Shown: one piece after another, positions 45,024-55,589 of the stretch
Layout of the letters: every line of letters begins with the position of its first letter
How positions within the stretch are numbered: position 1 is the first letter of the stretch
NCBI GenBank assembly: GCA_034521815.1
Contig: JAXHLW010000013.1
Coordinates: 608,001-672,000, forward strand
Length of the DNA stretch: 64,000 nucleotides
Source of the DNA: Trueperaceae bacterium
GTDB lineage: Bacteria; Deinococcota; Deinococci; Deinococcales; Trueperaceae
Reading direction: 5' to 3'
Position numbers and translations under genes: made by a program
Notes under the pieces: model-generated
What the model saw: only the letters and a program-made list of their open reading frames with translations
Told to the model about the DNA's origin: nothing
Databases searched by the model: none

Positions 45024-46589
45024 ATGAAGCGTTTCATCCTTTTCGTCGCTCTCCTCGCGCTGCTGGGCACAGGCGCCGCGCAGACGTTGGCGTACGGCCT
45101 GTCCGGCCTGCCTGCGTCCATGGACGCCGCCGACTCGCAAGACGGCAACTCGCTCACCGTCTCGGCCTCCGTGACCGAGACGCTGGTCGGCTTCGTGCCC
45201 GGCTCGACCGAGCTGGCGCCCAAGCTGGCGACCGCGTGGGAGCCCAACGACGACGCCACCTCGTGGACGTTCGAGCTTCGCGAAGGCGTCACCTTCCACG
45301 ACGGCACGCCGTTCGACGCCGACGCGGTCAAGTTCAACTTCGACCGCTGGAACATCGTCGATCACCCGTACGGCTTCCGTGACCAGGGCAAGAACTACGT
45401 GCCGTTCGAGTGGGTGTTCGGCGCGCCCGCCTCCGAGGGAGGCATCCTGGACTCCGTCCACGTCGTGGACACGCACACCGTTCGCTTCGACATGACGCAG
45501 CCGACGCCGTTCCTGCCGTCCCTGCTGGCCGCGGTCTACTTCCAGATGAACAGCCCCGCCGCCGTCATGGAGGCCGGTGCCGACTACGGCACGCCCGGCG
45601 TGGGCAGCGTCGGCACGGGCCCGTTCGTGTTCGACGAATGGCGTGAAGGCCAGCAGATCCGGGTGGATCGCAACGACGACTACTGGAACGGTCCCGCCCA
45701 GGTCGAGACGGTCGTGTTCCGCGGCATCGCCGAGTCCACCTCCCGTCTGGCCGAGCTCCAGGCCGGCAGCATCGACATCGCCGTCGACCTGGCCCCGGAC
45801 GAGTTCTCCAGCGTCGCTTCCAACCCTGACCTGACCGCCGAAATCGCCGACAGCGACCTGAACGTCGGCTACCTCGCGATGCACCAGGCGAACGAGCCGT
45901 TCGACGATCTCCGCGTCCGCCAGGCGATCGCGCACGCGATCGACCGCGAAGCGATCGTCGACGCCTTCTACGGCGGCCTGGCCGTCACCGCCGAGGACCA
46001 TATTCCCCCCGGCTTCTTCGGGCACGGCATGGACTGGCCGTACGACTACGATCCCGAGCGCGCGATGGAGCTGCTGGCCGAGGCCGGCTACGCAGGCGGC
46101 TTCGAGACCGAGCTCTGGTACATGCCGGTCAGCCGCCCGTACTACCCGTCTCCGCAGCCGATCGCCGAGGCGATGGCCAGCTACCTGGCCGACGTCGGGA
46201 TCACGGCGGAGCTTCTCACCGAAGACTGGACGACCTACCTGTCGGACTACAACACCGGCGCGTTTCCGATGTACATGCTGGGCTGGTACGGCGACATCCC
46301 CGATCCGGACAACTTCCTGAACACGTTCTTCGGCGGGACGGCTCCCGACGAGTTCGGCTGGGACGCCCCCGAGGTGCGCGAGGCGCTGAACGAGGCGCGG
46401 CAGATCGTCGACCTCGACCAGCGGGCCGAGCTGTACGCGCAGGTGAACGACGCCGTCGCGCGCCAGGCCGTCTCGATCCCGATGGGGCACAACCGCACGC
46501 TCAACGCGGTCCGTGCCGGCATCGACGGCTACGTGGCCAGCCCGCTGGGCTACAGCGCGGTGTCGCTGCACTCCGTCACCAAGAACTGA
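45024..46589 (+). CDS. Peptide ABC substrate-binding protein (DppA-like), copy 2; paralog of 41173..42747
   Basis: Same motifs as copy 1, with long shared blocks such as FETELWYMPVSRPYYP. Confidence 0.92.
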   Translation: MKRFILFVALLALLGTGAAQTLAYGLSGLPASMDAADSQDGNSLTVSASVTETLVGFVPGSTELAPKLATAWEPNDDATSWTFELREGVTFHDGTPFDADAVKFNFDRWNIVDHPYGFRDQGKNYVPFEWVFGAPASEGGILDSVHVVDTHTVRFDMTQPTPFLPSLLAAVYFQMNSPAAVMEAGADYGTPGVGSVGTGPFVFDEWREGQQIRVDRNDDYWNGPAQVETVVFRGIAESTSRLAELQAGSIDIAVDLAPDEFSSVASNPDLTAEIADSDLNVGYLAMHQANEPFDDLRVRQAIAHAIDREAIVDAFYGGLAVTAEDHIPPGFFGHGMDWPYDYDPERAMELLAEAGYAGGFETELWYMPVSRPYYPSPQPIAEAMASYLADVGITAELLTEDWTTYLSDYNTGAFPMYMLGWYGDIPDPDNFLNTFFGGTAPDEFGWDAPEVREALNEARQIVDLDQRAELYAQVNDAVARQAVSIPMGHNRTLNAVRAGIDGYVASPLGYSAVSLHSVTKN

Positions 46590-46655
46590 CCCGACCGCAC
46601 TCCCCGGTCGGCGCGCGAGGCGCCGATGGGCGCGATCCCCGCCCCGTGGCTTCGG

Positions 46656-47274
46656 CTACGGGGCGGTGTCGCGCCGGTCGTCTCGAAGGTCGTTGCGCGC
46701 GACCTGGTCACGCTGCGCCATCCGCGCCAAGCGCCGGCGCACTTCGGGGCGCACCTTGTTCATCCCCCAGAGGATCGGGATCATCACCAGCGCCACCAGG
46801 ATCAGCGCCGCATCGTTCACCAGCAGCACCTCGCCCGCCCAGGCGGCCACCACCAGCCACGGAAGCCGCGCAGCCATCGCCGTCAGCCACAGCGAGCGCG
46901 CCGACAACGACGACAGGCCGGCCGCCATCACCGCGATGTCCAGGTTCAACACCAGGAAGATCACGAACCACATCCACAAGCGAGCGGACCCCGAGCAGCG
47001 CCTCCCACTCGTTCCAGACCCGCTCGGGAACGATCCGCCGAATGGCGCGCCGCCCAAGCTGCCGTGCGATCGTCAACGCCAGACCCGCACCCAGCGCCAT
47101 GCCCACGAGGCCGTACAGGATCGCGGGGACGGTGCCGAACGCCGTGCCGCCCAGCGCCGCGATCAGGGGCGTCGGGATGATCGGCACGAGGGCCGCGAGC
47201 AGGAATCCGGCGACGTACCAAGCCGGCGCCAGCCAGCCTTGCGACGTGATCAGCGTGGTCAAGCCCTCGATCAT
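46656..47274 (-). CDS. DedA/VTT (TVP38/TMEM64) membrane protein, frameshift near 46980
   Basis: MIEGLTTLI..PIIPTPLIAALGGTAFG..ARQLGR, continuing as WFVIFLVLNLDIAVMAAGLS. Confidence 0.78.
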
Positions 47275-47349
47275 GGGAGCCAATGTACCCCCGTCGGCTG
47301 AGACGGTCGTGATGGTGACGTCCCGCCTCGGACCGGTATCCTGGCGTCC

Positions 47350-48345
47350 ATGGAGTCGCTTCCCCCGCTGCGTCTGCGCCCCGCGTTCCACCGTCGCCTC
47401 TGGGGAGGCGATACCCTCCCCGCCTGGCTGAACGAGGTGGCGCCGCCCGGCGACGATCAGGACGAGCCGGTCGGCGAGGCGTGGATCGCGAACGGCGACA
47501 GCGTGATCGTCGACGGTCCGTTCGACGGCCTGCGCCTGGCCGAGCTGATCACGCGCTACGGGCCCGCCGTCGTCGGGGAGGCCTCGGTCGCGCGCTACGG
47601 CGAGGTGATGCCGCTGCTGGCGAAGTTCTTGGACGCCGCTGCGGACCTGTCGGTGCAAGTCCATCCGGACGACGCCTACGCGGCGCGTCGCCATCCGGGC
47701 AGCGGGCACCTGGGCAAGACCGAGAGCTGGCGCGTCCAGCAGGTCGCGTCCGGCGCATCGATCGTGTGGGGCTTCGAGAGGCCGGTGACGGAGGAACAGG
47801 TGAGGCGCGCGCTCCAGGACGGGACGATCGCCGACCTGCTCCGCACCGTTCCGGTCCGGACGGGCGACGTGGTGCACAATCCCGCCGGAACGGTGCACGC
47901 CGTCGGCGCCGGCGTGCGGCTGTACGAGCTGCAGCAGGCCTCCGACCTCACCTACCGCCTCTGGGATCACGACCGACGTGGCGCCGACGGCCGGCCACGC
48001 GAGCTTCACGTCGAGGACGCGCTGGCGGTGGCGGACCTGAGCGGGCGCGGCGACCCGCTGCCCGCCCCGCGGCCCGGGCCGGACGGCTGGACGGTGCGCG
48101 TCGACTGCCCCTTCTACCGGCTCGAAGAGGCCACCACCGACGGCACGGCCAGCGGGCGCACCGATCCGGTCGCCATGCACGTCGTCACGGTGCTGAACGG
48201 CACGTTCGAGCTCGAGGCCGGCGTGGGCGCCCGGATCCACCTGGCCGAGGGCGCCACCGCCGTGGTCCCCGCCGCCACCGGTCCGTACGGGCTCACGGGC
48301 CGCGGCACCGTCGTGCGTGGACGGCCGGTGCCGGACCGGCGCTGA
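47350..48345 (+). CDS. manA: Class I mannose-6-phosphate isomerase
   Basis: RLWGG, GEAW, PLLAKFLDA, LSVQVHP, GKTESW, PAGTVHA and YELQQASDLTYRLWD. Confidence 0.9.
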   Translation: MESLPPLRLRPAFHRRLWGGDTLPAWLNEVAPPGDDQDEPVGEAWIANGDSVIVDGPFDGLRLAELITRYGPAVVGEASVARYGEVMPLLAKFLDAAADLSVQVHPDDAYAARRHPGSGHLGKTESWRVQQVASGASIVWGFERPVTEEQVRRALQDGTIADLLRTVPVRTGDVVHNPAGTVHAVGAGVRLYELQQASDLTYRLWDHDRRGADGRPRELHVEDALAVADLSGRGDPLPAPRPGPDGWTVRVDCPFYRLEEATTDGTASGRTDPVAMHVVTVLNGTFELEAGVGARIHLAEGATAVVPAATGPYGLTGRGTVVRGRPVPDRR

Positions 48346-48394
48346 GCGCGCTCGACGACCGGGACGACGGCGACGACGGGGTAGCCTGCCGGGC

Positions 48395-50272
48395 GTGGAT
48401 CGTCCCTCTCGCCCGACCTCTCGTCCGACCTCACGCCCGACCCCGACCTCGCCTACTGCGGCCAGCGCGACGGATGCCGACCGCCCCGCCGCGGAGAGCG
48501 CTGCGCAGGCGCTGTGGCGTCTGTTGCGCCCCTACCGCGTTCGGCTGATCGGCCTCTCGGCGTTGATCGCCCTCTCGTCGGGCGTGACCCAGCTGGCGCC
48601 GCAGTTCGTGCGCTACGTGTTCGACGTGGTGATCCCGCGCGGCGAAGCCCGTCTGTTCCTCCTCACCGGCGTCGCCATGGTGCTGTTCTTCCTGGTGTCC
48701 GAAGCGCTGCGCTACGCGGGAATGCTGCTCAGCTTCGCGTTCACGCAGCACGTGGTGAACGAGACGCGTCGCGCCGCCTACGGTCGCTTGCTGGCCCTGC
48801 CGCTGGCGCGCTTCACCCGCGAACGCTCCGGCAGCCTGGTCTCGCGCGTCGTCTCGGACGTGAACGCGCTCGAGGCGATGATCCAGGCGGGCGCCAGCCG
48901 CATGGTGGGGCAGGCGTTCTCGATCGTCGTGGTGCTGATCATCCTGTTCGCGATGGACGTGCGGCTGGCGCTGGTGTCGGTCGCGATCGTGGTGATCATG
49001 GGGTTCTTCACCGTGCGGTTCCAGGAGCCTCTGCGGCGCCTGGCGCGTCGGATCCGCGGCCGGGTGGGCGAGATGACGGCCGTGGCCAGCGAGGCGGTGC
49101 AGAACGTCGCGGTCGTCAAGGCGTTCTCGGCCGAGGACGTCGAATGGGAGCGGTTCCGGTCGGAGTCGGACGCCTACCGTGACCTGAACCTGGCGCGCCG
49201 CAAGGAGGTCGGCAAGATGCAGGCCGCGATCGGGCTGACCAGCGAGTGGGGCGTCGCGGCGTTGGTGCTGGGCGGCGGCTGGCTGCTGGTCCAGGGCGGA
49301 GGGGACGTCGGCGGCCTGACGGTGGGGACGCTCACGGCGTTCGTGCTGTACCTGAACAACCTGATCAACCCCGTCCGGTTCGTGCTGAACTTCAACAACG
49401 TGCTGCAGTCCGGCGTCGCCGCGCTGGAGCGGATCGACGCCCTGCTGGCCGACGCGCCCGAGCCGTACGAGCGCGGCGAGCCGTTCGAGCCGGGCGAGAT
49501 CCGCTTCGAGGCGGTCCGCTTCGGCTACCCGGAAGCGGAGGCGGAGGCGCTCCGTGGCCTGGACCTCGCCGTTCCGGCCGGGACCACCGCGGCGCTGGTC
49601 GGGCCGTCGGGAGCGGGGAAGAGCACCGTGACGCGACTGTTGGGGCGGCTGTACGAGCCGGACGGTGGCACGATCCGCATCGGGGGCCGGCCGATCGCCG
49701 AGATGTCGCTGTCGTCGCTTCGCCGCGCCGTCGCGATCGTGCCGCAGGAGCCGACGCTGTTCTCCGGGTCGGTCGCCGACAACGTCCGCTACGGCCGTCC
49801 CGACGCCGATCGGGCCGAGGTCGAGGAGGCGATCCGCCTGGCCAACGCCGAGGCGTTCGTCGCCGCGCTGCCACGCGGCATCGACACCGAGATCGGCGAG
49901 CGCGGCGTGAAGCTCTCGGGCGGCCAGAAGCAACGGATCGCCATCGCACGGGCGCTGCTCAAGGGCGCCTCGATCCTCGTCCTGGACGAGGCGACCAGCA
50001 GCCTGGACAGCGAGTCCGAGGCGTTGATCCAGGACGCGCTCGAAGGGGTGCTGGGCCGCCGCGACGAGCTGACCACGCTGGTGATCGCGCACCGGCTGTC
50101 GACCATCCAGAGCGCCGACCGGATCCACGTGCTGGACGACGGGATGCGGGTCGAAGCGGGCCGGCACGACGAGCTGCTGGAGCGAGGAGGGCTGTACGCC
50201 CACCTGCACGCGCTTCAGGCCGGCGACGGCGCCGCCCGGCCCAGCTCCGCTCTCCGCGGAGCGGCACGATGA
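48395..50272 (+). CDS. ABC exporter, fused permease-ATPase (MdlB/MsbA-like)
   Basis: Six-TM domain plus GPSGAGKST, IGERGVKLSGGQKQR, LDEATSSLD and IAHRLSTI. Confidence 0.92.
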   Translation: MDRPSRPTSRPTSRPTPTSPTAASATDADRPAAESAAQALWRLLRPYRVRLIGLSALIALSSGVTQLAPQFVRYVFDVVIPRGEARLFLLTGVAMVLFFLVSEALRYAGMLLSFAFTQHVVNETRRAAYGRLLALPLARFTRERSGSLVSRVVSDVNALEAMIQAGASRMVGQAFSIVVVLIILFAMDVRLALVSVAIVVIMGFFTVRFQEPLRRLARRIRGRVGEMTAVASEAVQNVAVVKAFSAEDVEWERFRSESDAYRDLNLARRKEVGKMQAAIGLTSEWGVAALVLGGGWLLVQGGGDVGGLTVGTLTAFVLYLNNLINPVRFVLNFNNVLQSGVAALERIDALLADAPEPYERGEPFEPGEIRFEAVRFGYPEAEAEALRGLDLAVPAGTTAALVGPSGAGKSTVTRLLGRLYEPDGGTIRIGGRPIAEMSLSSLRRAVAIVPQEPTLFSGSVADNVRYGRPDADRAEVEEAIRLANAEAFVAALPRGIDTEIGERGVKLSGGQKQRIAIARALLKGASILVLDEATSSLDSESEALIQDALEGVLGRRDELTTLVIAHRLSTIQSADRIHVLDDGMRVEAGRHDELLERGGLYAHLHALQAGDGAARPSSALRGAAR

Positions 50273-51129
50273 GCGAGAAGAAGCGGCCGACGGCCCGTGG
50301 CTCGGCAGGGCGCCGCGGAGCGTCGCCTCGTCGGCGTGCATCGCGCACCAAGACGAGCGGCACGAGGTCCACGTCCGGCCTGCGCCGGGGGCTGCGCTGG
50401 ACCCTCGTTCTGGCGCTGGCCGTCGCCGCCGGCTGGCTGGGCGGCGTCGCGATCCCCGGTCCGCTGCGGCCGTCCGCCGACGCGGCCGTGCCCGGCGTGC
50501 CGCCGACCCTGGTCCGCATAGGCGCTTACCAGGGGAACGGCGGCGGGGTCGAGGTGGCGCCCGTCGACGGTGGCGCGGACGTCCTGCTGATCATCTACCC
50601 GGGCGGCCTGGTGCGTCCGCACGCCTACACCTGGATCGGGGTGGCGCTGGCGCCGGTCGGTGTCCGCACCTTGGTGCCCACCATGCCGCTGGACCTCGCG
50701 GTGCTGGGCCGAGACCGGGCCGCTGCGCTCATCCGGGACCGTCGCGACGGCGAGGCGTCGGTCGTGGTCGCCGGGCATTCGCTGGGCGGGGCGATGGCGG
50801 CGTCGTGGGCGGCGCGCCACGAAGGCGTGGTGGACGGACTGATCCTGATGGGCGCCTACCCGGCGTCGGGCGACGACCTGAGCGGACGCGACCTGCCGAC
50901 GCTGGTGCTGGCGGCGGAGCACGACGGCCTGGCGACGCTCCCGGAGGTGCGGGACGGCATGGACCGGCTCCCCGGCCGAGCCGGGATCGAGGTCATCGGC
51001 GGGGCGGTGCACGCCTTCTTCGGCCGGTACGGACCGCAGCGAGGCGACGGCCTGCCGACCGTCCCGCGTGCCGACGCCGAGGCCGAGATCGCCGGCGCGT
51101 TCGAGGCGTTCCTGATGGGGGTTCGGTAA
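50269..51129 (+). CDS. Membrane-anchored alpha/beta hydrolase
   Basis: TM helix, IIYPGGLV, GHSLGG, EHDGL and HAFFGRYG.Q.GD. Confidence 0.85.
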   Translation: MSEKKRPTARGSAGRRGASPRRRASRTKTSGTRSTSGLRRGLRWTLVLALAVAAGWLGGVAIPGPLRPSADAAVPGVPPTLVRIGAYQGNGGGVEVAPVDGGADVLLIIYPGGLVRPHAYTWIGVALAPVGVRTLVPTMPLDLAVLGRDRAAALIRDRRDGEASVVVAGHSLGGAMAASWAARHEGVVDGLILMGAYPASGDDLSGRDLPTLVLAAEHDGLATLPEVRDGMDRLPGRAGIEVIGGAVHAFFGRYGPQRGDGLPTVPRADAEAEIAGAFEAFLMGVR

Positions 51130-51164
51130 GCGACGGGGTGCGCTCGTGGACCTGCGGGGCTGGC

Positions 51165-51881
51165 CTAGACCTCCGGCAGGTAGCGCCGCCAGATCGGATC
51201 GACGTCCTGGATCAGGCCGTACGCGCTGCTGAACACGAACCGCGGCGCCTTCGGCGGGCGGTCGAGGGCCATGCCGGCTTCGTCGGGCGTGCGGTCGCGC
51301 TTTCGGGCGTTGCACGAGCGGCAGCAGGCCACGACGTTCTCCCAGCTGGTCGAGCCGCCCCGGCTCCGCGGCAGGACGTGGTCCAGGGTCAGATCGCTGC
51401 CGCGCTTCCTGCAGTACTGGCAGCGGTGATCGTCGCGACGGAACAGGTTGCGCCGGTTGAACGCGACCTTCTGGCGGTGAGGTCTTCGAACGTAGCGTGC
51501 CAGGCGCACCACGCTGGGGACCGGCACGACCCGCGAGGGGGTGCGCAGCACGGCCTCGGCGTCCTCGACCCGGACGGCCACCTCGGTCATGATCAGCTGG
51601 ATGGCGCGCTTCACGCTGCAGACGTGCAGCGGCTCGAAGCTGGCGTTGAGGATCAGCACCCGCGCGGCGGCGGGATCGGTGAGCGGCTCGAGACCCAGCT
51701 CGTCGGCGAGGCGCTTCTCGGCGGCAAGGTCCGATGCGGCAAGGTCCGATGCGGCAAGGTCCGATGCGGCATCCGATGACGAATCGGACGCCGAGTCCGC
51801 GAAGCGTTCACGCTCGGCCTCGGACGGTGCGTCGACCAGGACGTCGTGCTGGCGATCGTCGGTGTGCGCGGCGGCCGCCAC
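51165..51881 (-). CDS. HNH endonuclease (McrA-like) with a low-complexity N-terminus
   Basis: VLILNASFEPL, RDDHRCQYC, TLDHVLPRSRGG and WENVVACCRSCNARK. Confidence 0.9.
   Translation of the reverse strand: MAAAAHTDDRQHDVLVDAPSEAERERFADSASDSSSDAASDLAASDLAASDLAAEKRLADELGLEPLTDPAAARVLILNASFEPLHVCSVKRAIQLIMTEVAVRVEDAEAVLRTPSRVVPVPSVVRLARYVRRPHRQKVAFNRRNLFRRDDHRCQYCRKRGSDLTLDHVLPRSRGGSTSWENVVACCRSCNARKRDRTPDEAGMALDRPPKAPRFVFSSAYGLIQDVDPIWRRYLPEV
51721..51765. repeat. Perfect tandem repeat (GCGGCAAGGTCCGAT)x3, encoding SDLAA repeats
   Basis: Read directly from the sequence. Confidence 0.9.
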
Positions 51882-51899
51882 CTCCCTCCGGGCACGATT

Positions 51900-52973
51900 C
51901 TATCCGAGCCGGCCGTGCCGCTCCACGGCCAGCTCCACGAGCCGCTCGATCAGGTCGGGGTACGCCACCCCGGCAGCGGCCCACAGCCGCGGGTACATCG
52001 ACAGCCGCGTGAAGCCGGGAATCGTGTTGATCTCGTTCACCAGCACCTCGCCCGCGGCGGTCAGGAAGAAGTCGACGCGCGCCAGGCCGGCAGCGTCGAC
52101 CAGCTCGAACGCACGGATCGCCAGGCGGCGCAGCGTCGCAGCGGTGTCGGCGGGCACGTCGGCGGGGATCACCAGCTCGGCGCCTCCCTCGGTGTACTTG
52201 TGCTCGTAGTCGTAGAACGCGTCGCCCACGACGCGGATCTCGCCCGCTGGGGCGGCCTGTGGATCGTCGTTGCCCAGAACGGCGACCTCGATCTCGCGGC
52301 CCCCGACGACGGCGGCCTCGACGACGGCGCGGCGATCGTGCCGGAACGCCTCGCGAAGCGCCGCGTCCTGACCGGCAGCGTCGTCGGCGCGACCGATGCC
52401 GACCGACGATCCGAGGTTCGCGGGCTTCACGAAGCGCGGCCAGGGAAGGGCGGCGAGCCGTGCCGCGACGGCGGCGGGATCGTGCGCCCAGGCGTGCTGC
52501 GAGACCTCGCCCCAGGCGACTTGCGGTAGCCCGTCGGCGGCGAAGACGCGCTTCATCGTGGCCTTGTCCATCGCGGCCGCGCTTCCCAGCACGTCCGATC
52601 CGACGAACGGCACGCCCGCGACGCGAAGCAGCCCCTGAACGGTGCCGTCCTCGCCGTTGGGCCCGTGCAGCAACGGGAACACCGCGTCGACGTCGGCCAG
52701 GGACGTGGTCGCGAGGCCGCGGATCAGATCGGGCGCGGCAGCCTCGTCGCGGACGTCTCGGCTGTCCCCGGCGGCCAGGGCGCGCCGACTGGCGTCCTCG
52801 CTCAGAAGCCGCCCGTCACGGTGGATCACGCGCGGCACCAGGTCCATGCGTCCCTCTGCGGCGGCCAGGACGCTGGCGGCGGAGGCCAGCGATACGTCGT
52901 GCTCGCCGGAACGGCCGCCACAGAGCAGCAGGACGCGGCGGCGGCGCGCGGTGCGACGTTCGCGACTGTCCAT
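51900..52973 (-). CDS. ddl: D-alanine-D-alanine ligase
   Basis: GGRSGEHDVSL, HGPNGEDG, VKPANLGSSVG, FYDYEHKY and NEINTIPGFT. Confidence 0.95.
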   Translation of the reverse strand: MDSRERRTARRRRVLLLCGGRSGEHDVSLASAASVLAAAEGRMDLVPRVIHRDGRLLSEDASRRALAAGDSRDVRDEAAAPDLIRGLATTSLADVDAVFPLLHGPNGEDGTVQGLLRVAGVPFVGSDVLGSAAAMDKATMKRVFAADGLPQVAWGEVSQHAWAHDPAAVAARLAALPWPRFVKPANLGSSVGIGRADDAAGQDAALREAFRHDRRAVVEAAVVGGREIEVAVLGNDDPQAAPAGEIRVVGDAFYDYEHKYTEGGAELVIPADVPADTAATLRRLAIRAFELVDAAGLARVDFFLTAAGEVLVNEINTIPGFTRLSMYPRLWAAAGVAYPDLIERLVELAVERHGRLG

Positions 52974-53187
52974 GTGTAGGTTACACATCATGCTGCATCC
53001 TAAGCGGTCGTGCGGGCGGGGTCAACGGGCGTACGCGATCCCGGACCGGACGGGGCTGCATGCTAGCGTGGATTCGGTCTGCATACCAGCGAACGGTGTC
53101 GGTGTCCGAGTCGCCGTACGCTCCACGAGACCGCAACAGACGGCGGACCCTTCCGCTCCCGTTCTTGGCCCCACCTAGGAGGCCCCC

Positions 53188-54696
53188 ATGCTCGTCCGTA
53201 CCTTCTTCTGCACCCGCCTTGGCGTGCACATCGCCGCCAGCGTGCTGACCCTGGCGCTGGTCATCGGAACAGCCTCCGCGCAGACGCTCTCCGTCGGCAT
53301 CGAAATCCCGTCCCAGCTGGACCCCGCGTTCGCCTCGGCCGACTCCGAGATCCTGATCCTCTCGAACGTCTACGACTACCTGGTCGAGATCGACGCCTCG
53401 AACGACGTGCAGCCCGGCCTGGCGACCTCGTGGAGCGTGTCCGAGGACGGCCGCACCTGGACCTTCGAGCTGCGTGACGACGTGACCTACCACAGCGGCG
53501 CGGCGTTCGGCCCCGACGACGTGGTCGCCACGTTCGACCGGCTGCGCGAGCCGGACAGCGGGCTGCCCACCGCCGACGTCTACGCCGACGTCACCTCGGT
53601 CGAGGCCAGCGGCCCCGCCCAGGTGACCTTCACGCTGAGCGAGCCGAACCCGTTCTTCCTGTACGACCTGTCGGACAACCACGCCGTGATCGTCGACGCG
53701 GACGCCACCGATCTGGGCACGACGTTCGACGGCACCGGACCGTTCCGGGTGGCGTCGTACAACGCCGAGGACCGGATGAGCCTCGAGGCCAACGCCGACC
53801 ACTTCGGCGGCGCGCCCGGCGTCGAGCAGGTCGACCTCATCTTCTTCGCCGAGCAGGCCGCCGCCGTCAGCGCGCTGCGAGGCGGACAGATCGACCTGGT
53901 GCTGCGCATGCCCACGCCGCTGTACCAGAGCCTCGAAGGCGCCCGCGGGATCGAGCGGATCAGCGTCCCGACGAACGCCTTCGACCTCCTCCGGCTTCGC
54001 GTCGACCGGGCCCCCGGAAACGACCCGCGCGTCGTCGAGGCGCTCAAGCTGGCCGTCGACCGCGCCTCGATCGTCGAGGTGGTCACCGACGGCCTCGCGG
54101 CCCAGGGCTCCGACACGCCCATCGGCCCGCTGTACGGGGCGTACTACCGTCAGGACGTCACGCCGCCCGCGCGCGACGTCGAGCGGGCGCGCGAGCTGCT
54201 GGCCGAAGCCGGCTACGAAGACGGGCTGGAGCTGGTGCTGAACGTGCCGGACAGCGGCGACCGTCCCGACCTGGCCGTGGTGCTCAAGGAGCAGCTCGAC
54301 GAGGCCGGCTTCGACATCGAGGTCCGCCTGCAGCCCGAAAGCGTGTACTACGGCGACGGCGGCTGGCTCGAGGTCGACTTCGGCATCACCGGCTGGGGCT
54401 CGCGCCCCGTCCCGCAGTTCTACTTCGAGACGATGATCGCCTGCGACGCCGTCTGGAACGAGGCGCACTACTGCGACCCCGAGGTCGACGCGCTGATCGA
54501 GACGGCCGGCAGCACGCTGGACGACGATGAGCGTGCCGAGGCGTACGCCGAGCTTCAGCGCATCCTGGCGAACGACGGTCCGTACGTGATCCCCTACTTC
54601 TTCCCGCAGTTCGCCGCGCTGGCCGACACCTTCACCGGGATGGAGCTCAAGGCCTTCCCGGGCCGTACCGACCTGGCAACGATCACCGTTCGGTGA
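53188..54696 (+). CDS. Family 5 ABC substrate-binding protein
   Basis: Signal peptide, PGLATSW, TFELRDDVTYH and GTGPF. Confidence 0.9.
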   Translation: MLVRTFFCTRLGVHIAASVLTLALVIGTASAQTLSVGIEIPSQLDPAFASADSEILILSNVYDYLVEIDASNDVQPGLATSWSVSEDGRTWTFELRDDVTYHSGAAFGPDDVVATFDRLREPDSGLPTADVYADVTSVEASGPAQVTFTLSEPNPFFLYDLSDNHAVIVDADATDLGTTFDGTGPFRVASYNAEDRMSLEANADHFGGAPGVEQVDLIFFAEQAAAVSALRGGQIDLVLRMPTPLYQSLEGARGIERISVPTNAFDLLRLRVDRAPGNDPRVVEALKLAVDRASIVEVVTDGLAAQGSDTPIGPLYGAYYRQDVTPPARDVERARELLAEAGYEDGLELVLNVPDSGDRPDLAVVLKEQLDEAGFDIEVRLQPESVYYGDGGWLEVDFGITGWGSRPVPQFYFETMIACDAVWNEAHYCDPEVDALIETAGSTLDDDERAEAYAELQRILANDGPYVIPYFFPQFAALADTFTGMELKAFPGRTDLATITVR

Positions 54697-55589
54697 CGAC
54701 GCCCGGAGGTGGGGGTGCGGCCACGGCCGCACCCCCTGCGCAGCCCGCGCCGCTGGCCGGCGCGCGCCACCTGCTGGGCGAGCTGTACGCACGCCCCACG
54801 AGCGCGATCGGCACCACGCTGGTCGCGCTCTTCGTCGCGATGGCGCTGATCGGCCCCTGGCTGGCGCCGTACGGTCCGACCGAGCAGATCCTGAGCGATC
54901 GCTCGCAGGCGCCGGGAGCGGCCCACTGGTTCGGCACCGACCGCTTGGGCCGCGACGTGTTCAGCCGCGTGGTCACCGGGGCGCGCGACATCTTCCTGCT
55001 GGCCGGGGGCGGCACGGCGGTCGCGGTCGCGATCGGCACCGTCGCCGGCCTGGTCACCTCCACGCTGGGCGGCTGGTGGGAAGAGATCACCTTCCGGCTG
55101 TTCGACACGCTCCTGGCCATGCCGGCACTGCTGCTGGCGCTGCTGCTGCTGGGCACCCTCGGACCGTCGCGCAGCAGCGTGCTGTGGGTGATCGCCGTGG
55201 CGTACACCCCGATCGTCGCGCGGGTCGTGCGCAGCGTGGTGCTCAGCGTCAAGACCCGCGAGTGGGTGGCCGCCGCGCGGATGCAGGGGGAGACCCTGCC
55301 GTGGATCCTCACCCGCGAGATCCTGCCCAGCGTCCTGCCCGCCCTGGCGGTCGAGGCCGCGCTGCGCTTCAGCTACGCCATCTTCCTCGTCGCCTCGCTG
55401 GGGTTCCTGGGCGTCGGCGTGCAGCCGCCCAACCCGGACTGGGGCCTGATGGTGGCCGAGGCCCGGGACTACGTCTACCTGACGCCCTGGTCGCTGATCT
55501 TCCCGGCCGCGGCGATCAGCCTGCTGGTCGTGTCGGTGAACCTCGCCGCCGACGGTCTGGGCCGGGCGCTCAGAACGGAGGGCCGATGA
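54693..55589 (+). CDS. Peptide ABC permease (DppC-like)
   Basis: HWFGTDRLGRD and SLGFLGVG..PDWG. Confidence 0.9.
   Translation: MTTPGGGGAATAAPPAQPAPLAGARHLLGELYARPTSAIGTTLVALFVAMALIGPWLAPYGPTEQILSDRSQAPGAAHWFGTDRLGRDVFSRVVTGARDIFLLAGGGTAVAVAIGTVAGLVTSTLGGWWEEITFRLFDTLLAMPALLLALLLLGTLGPSRSSVLWVIAVAYTPIVARVVRSVVLSVKTREWVAAARMQGETLPWILTREILPSVLPALAVEAALRFSYAIFLVASLGFLGVGVQPPNPDWGLMVAEARDYVYLTPWSLIFPAAAISLLVVSVNLAADGLGRALRTEGR

Noticed and set aside
51165-51881. HNH nuclease as a defence system or mobile element
   Set aside because: It belongs to a widespread stand-alone McrA-like family and sits next to ddl, with no methylase, helicase, intron or repeats.
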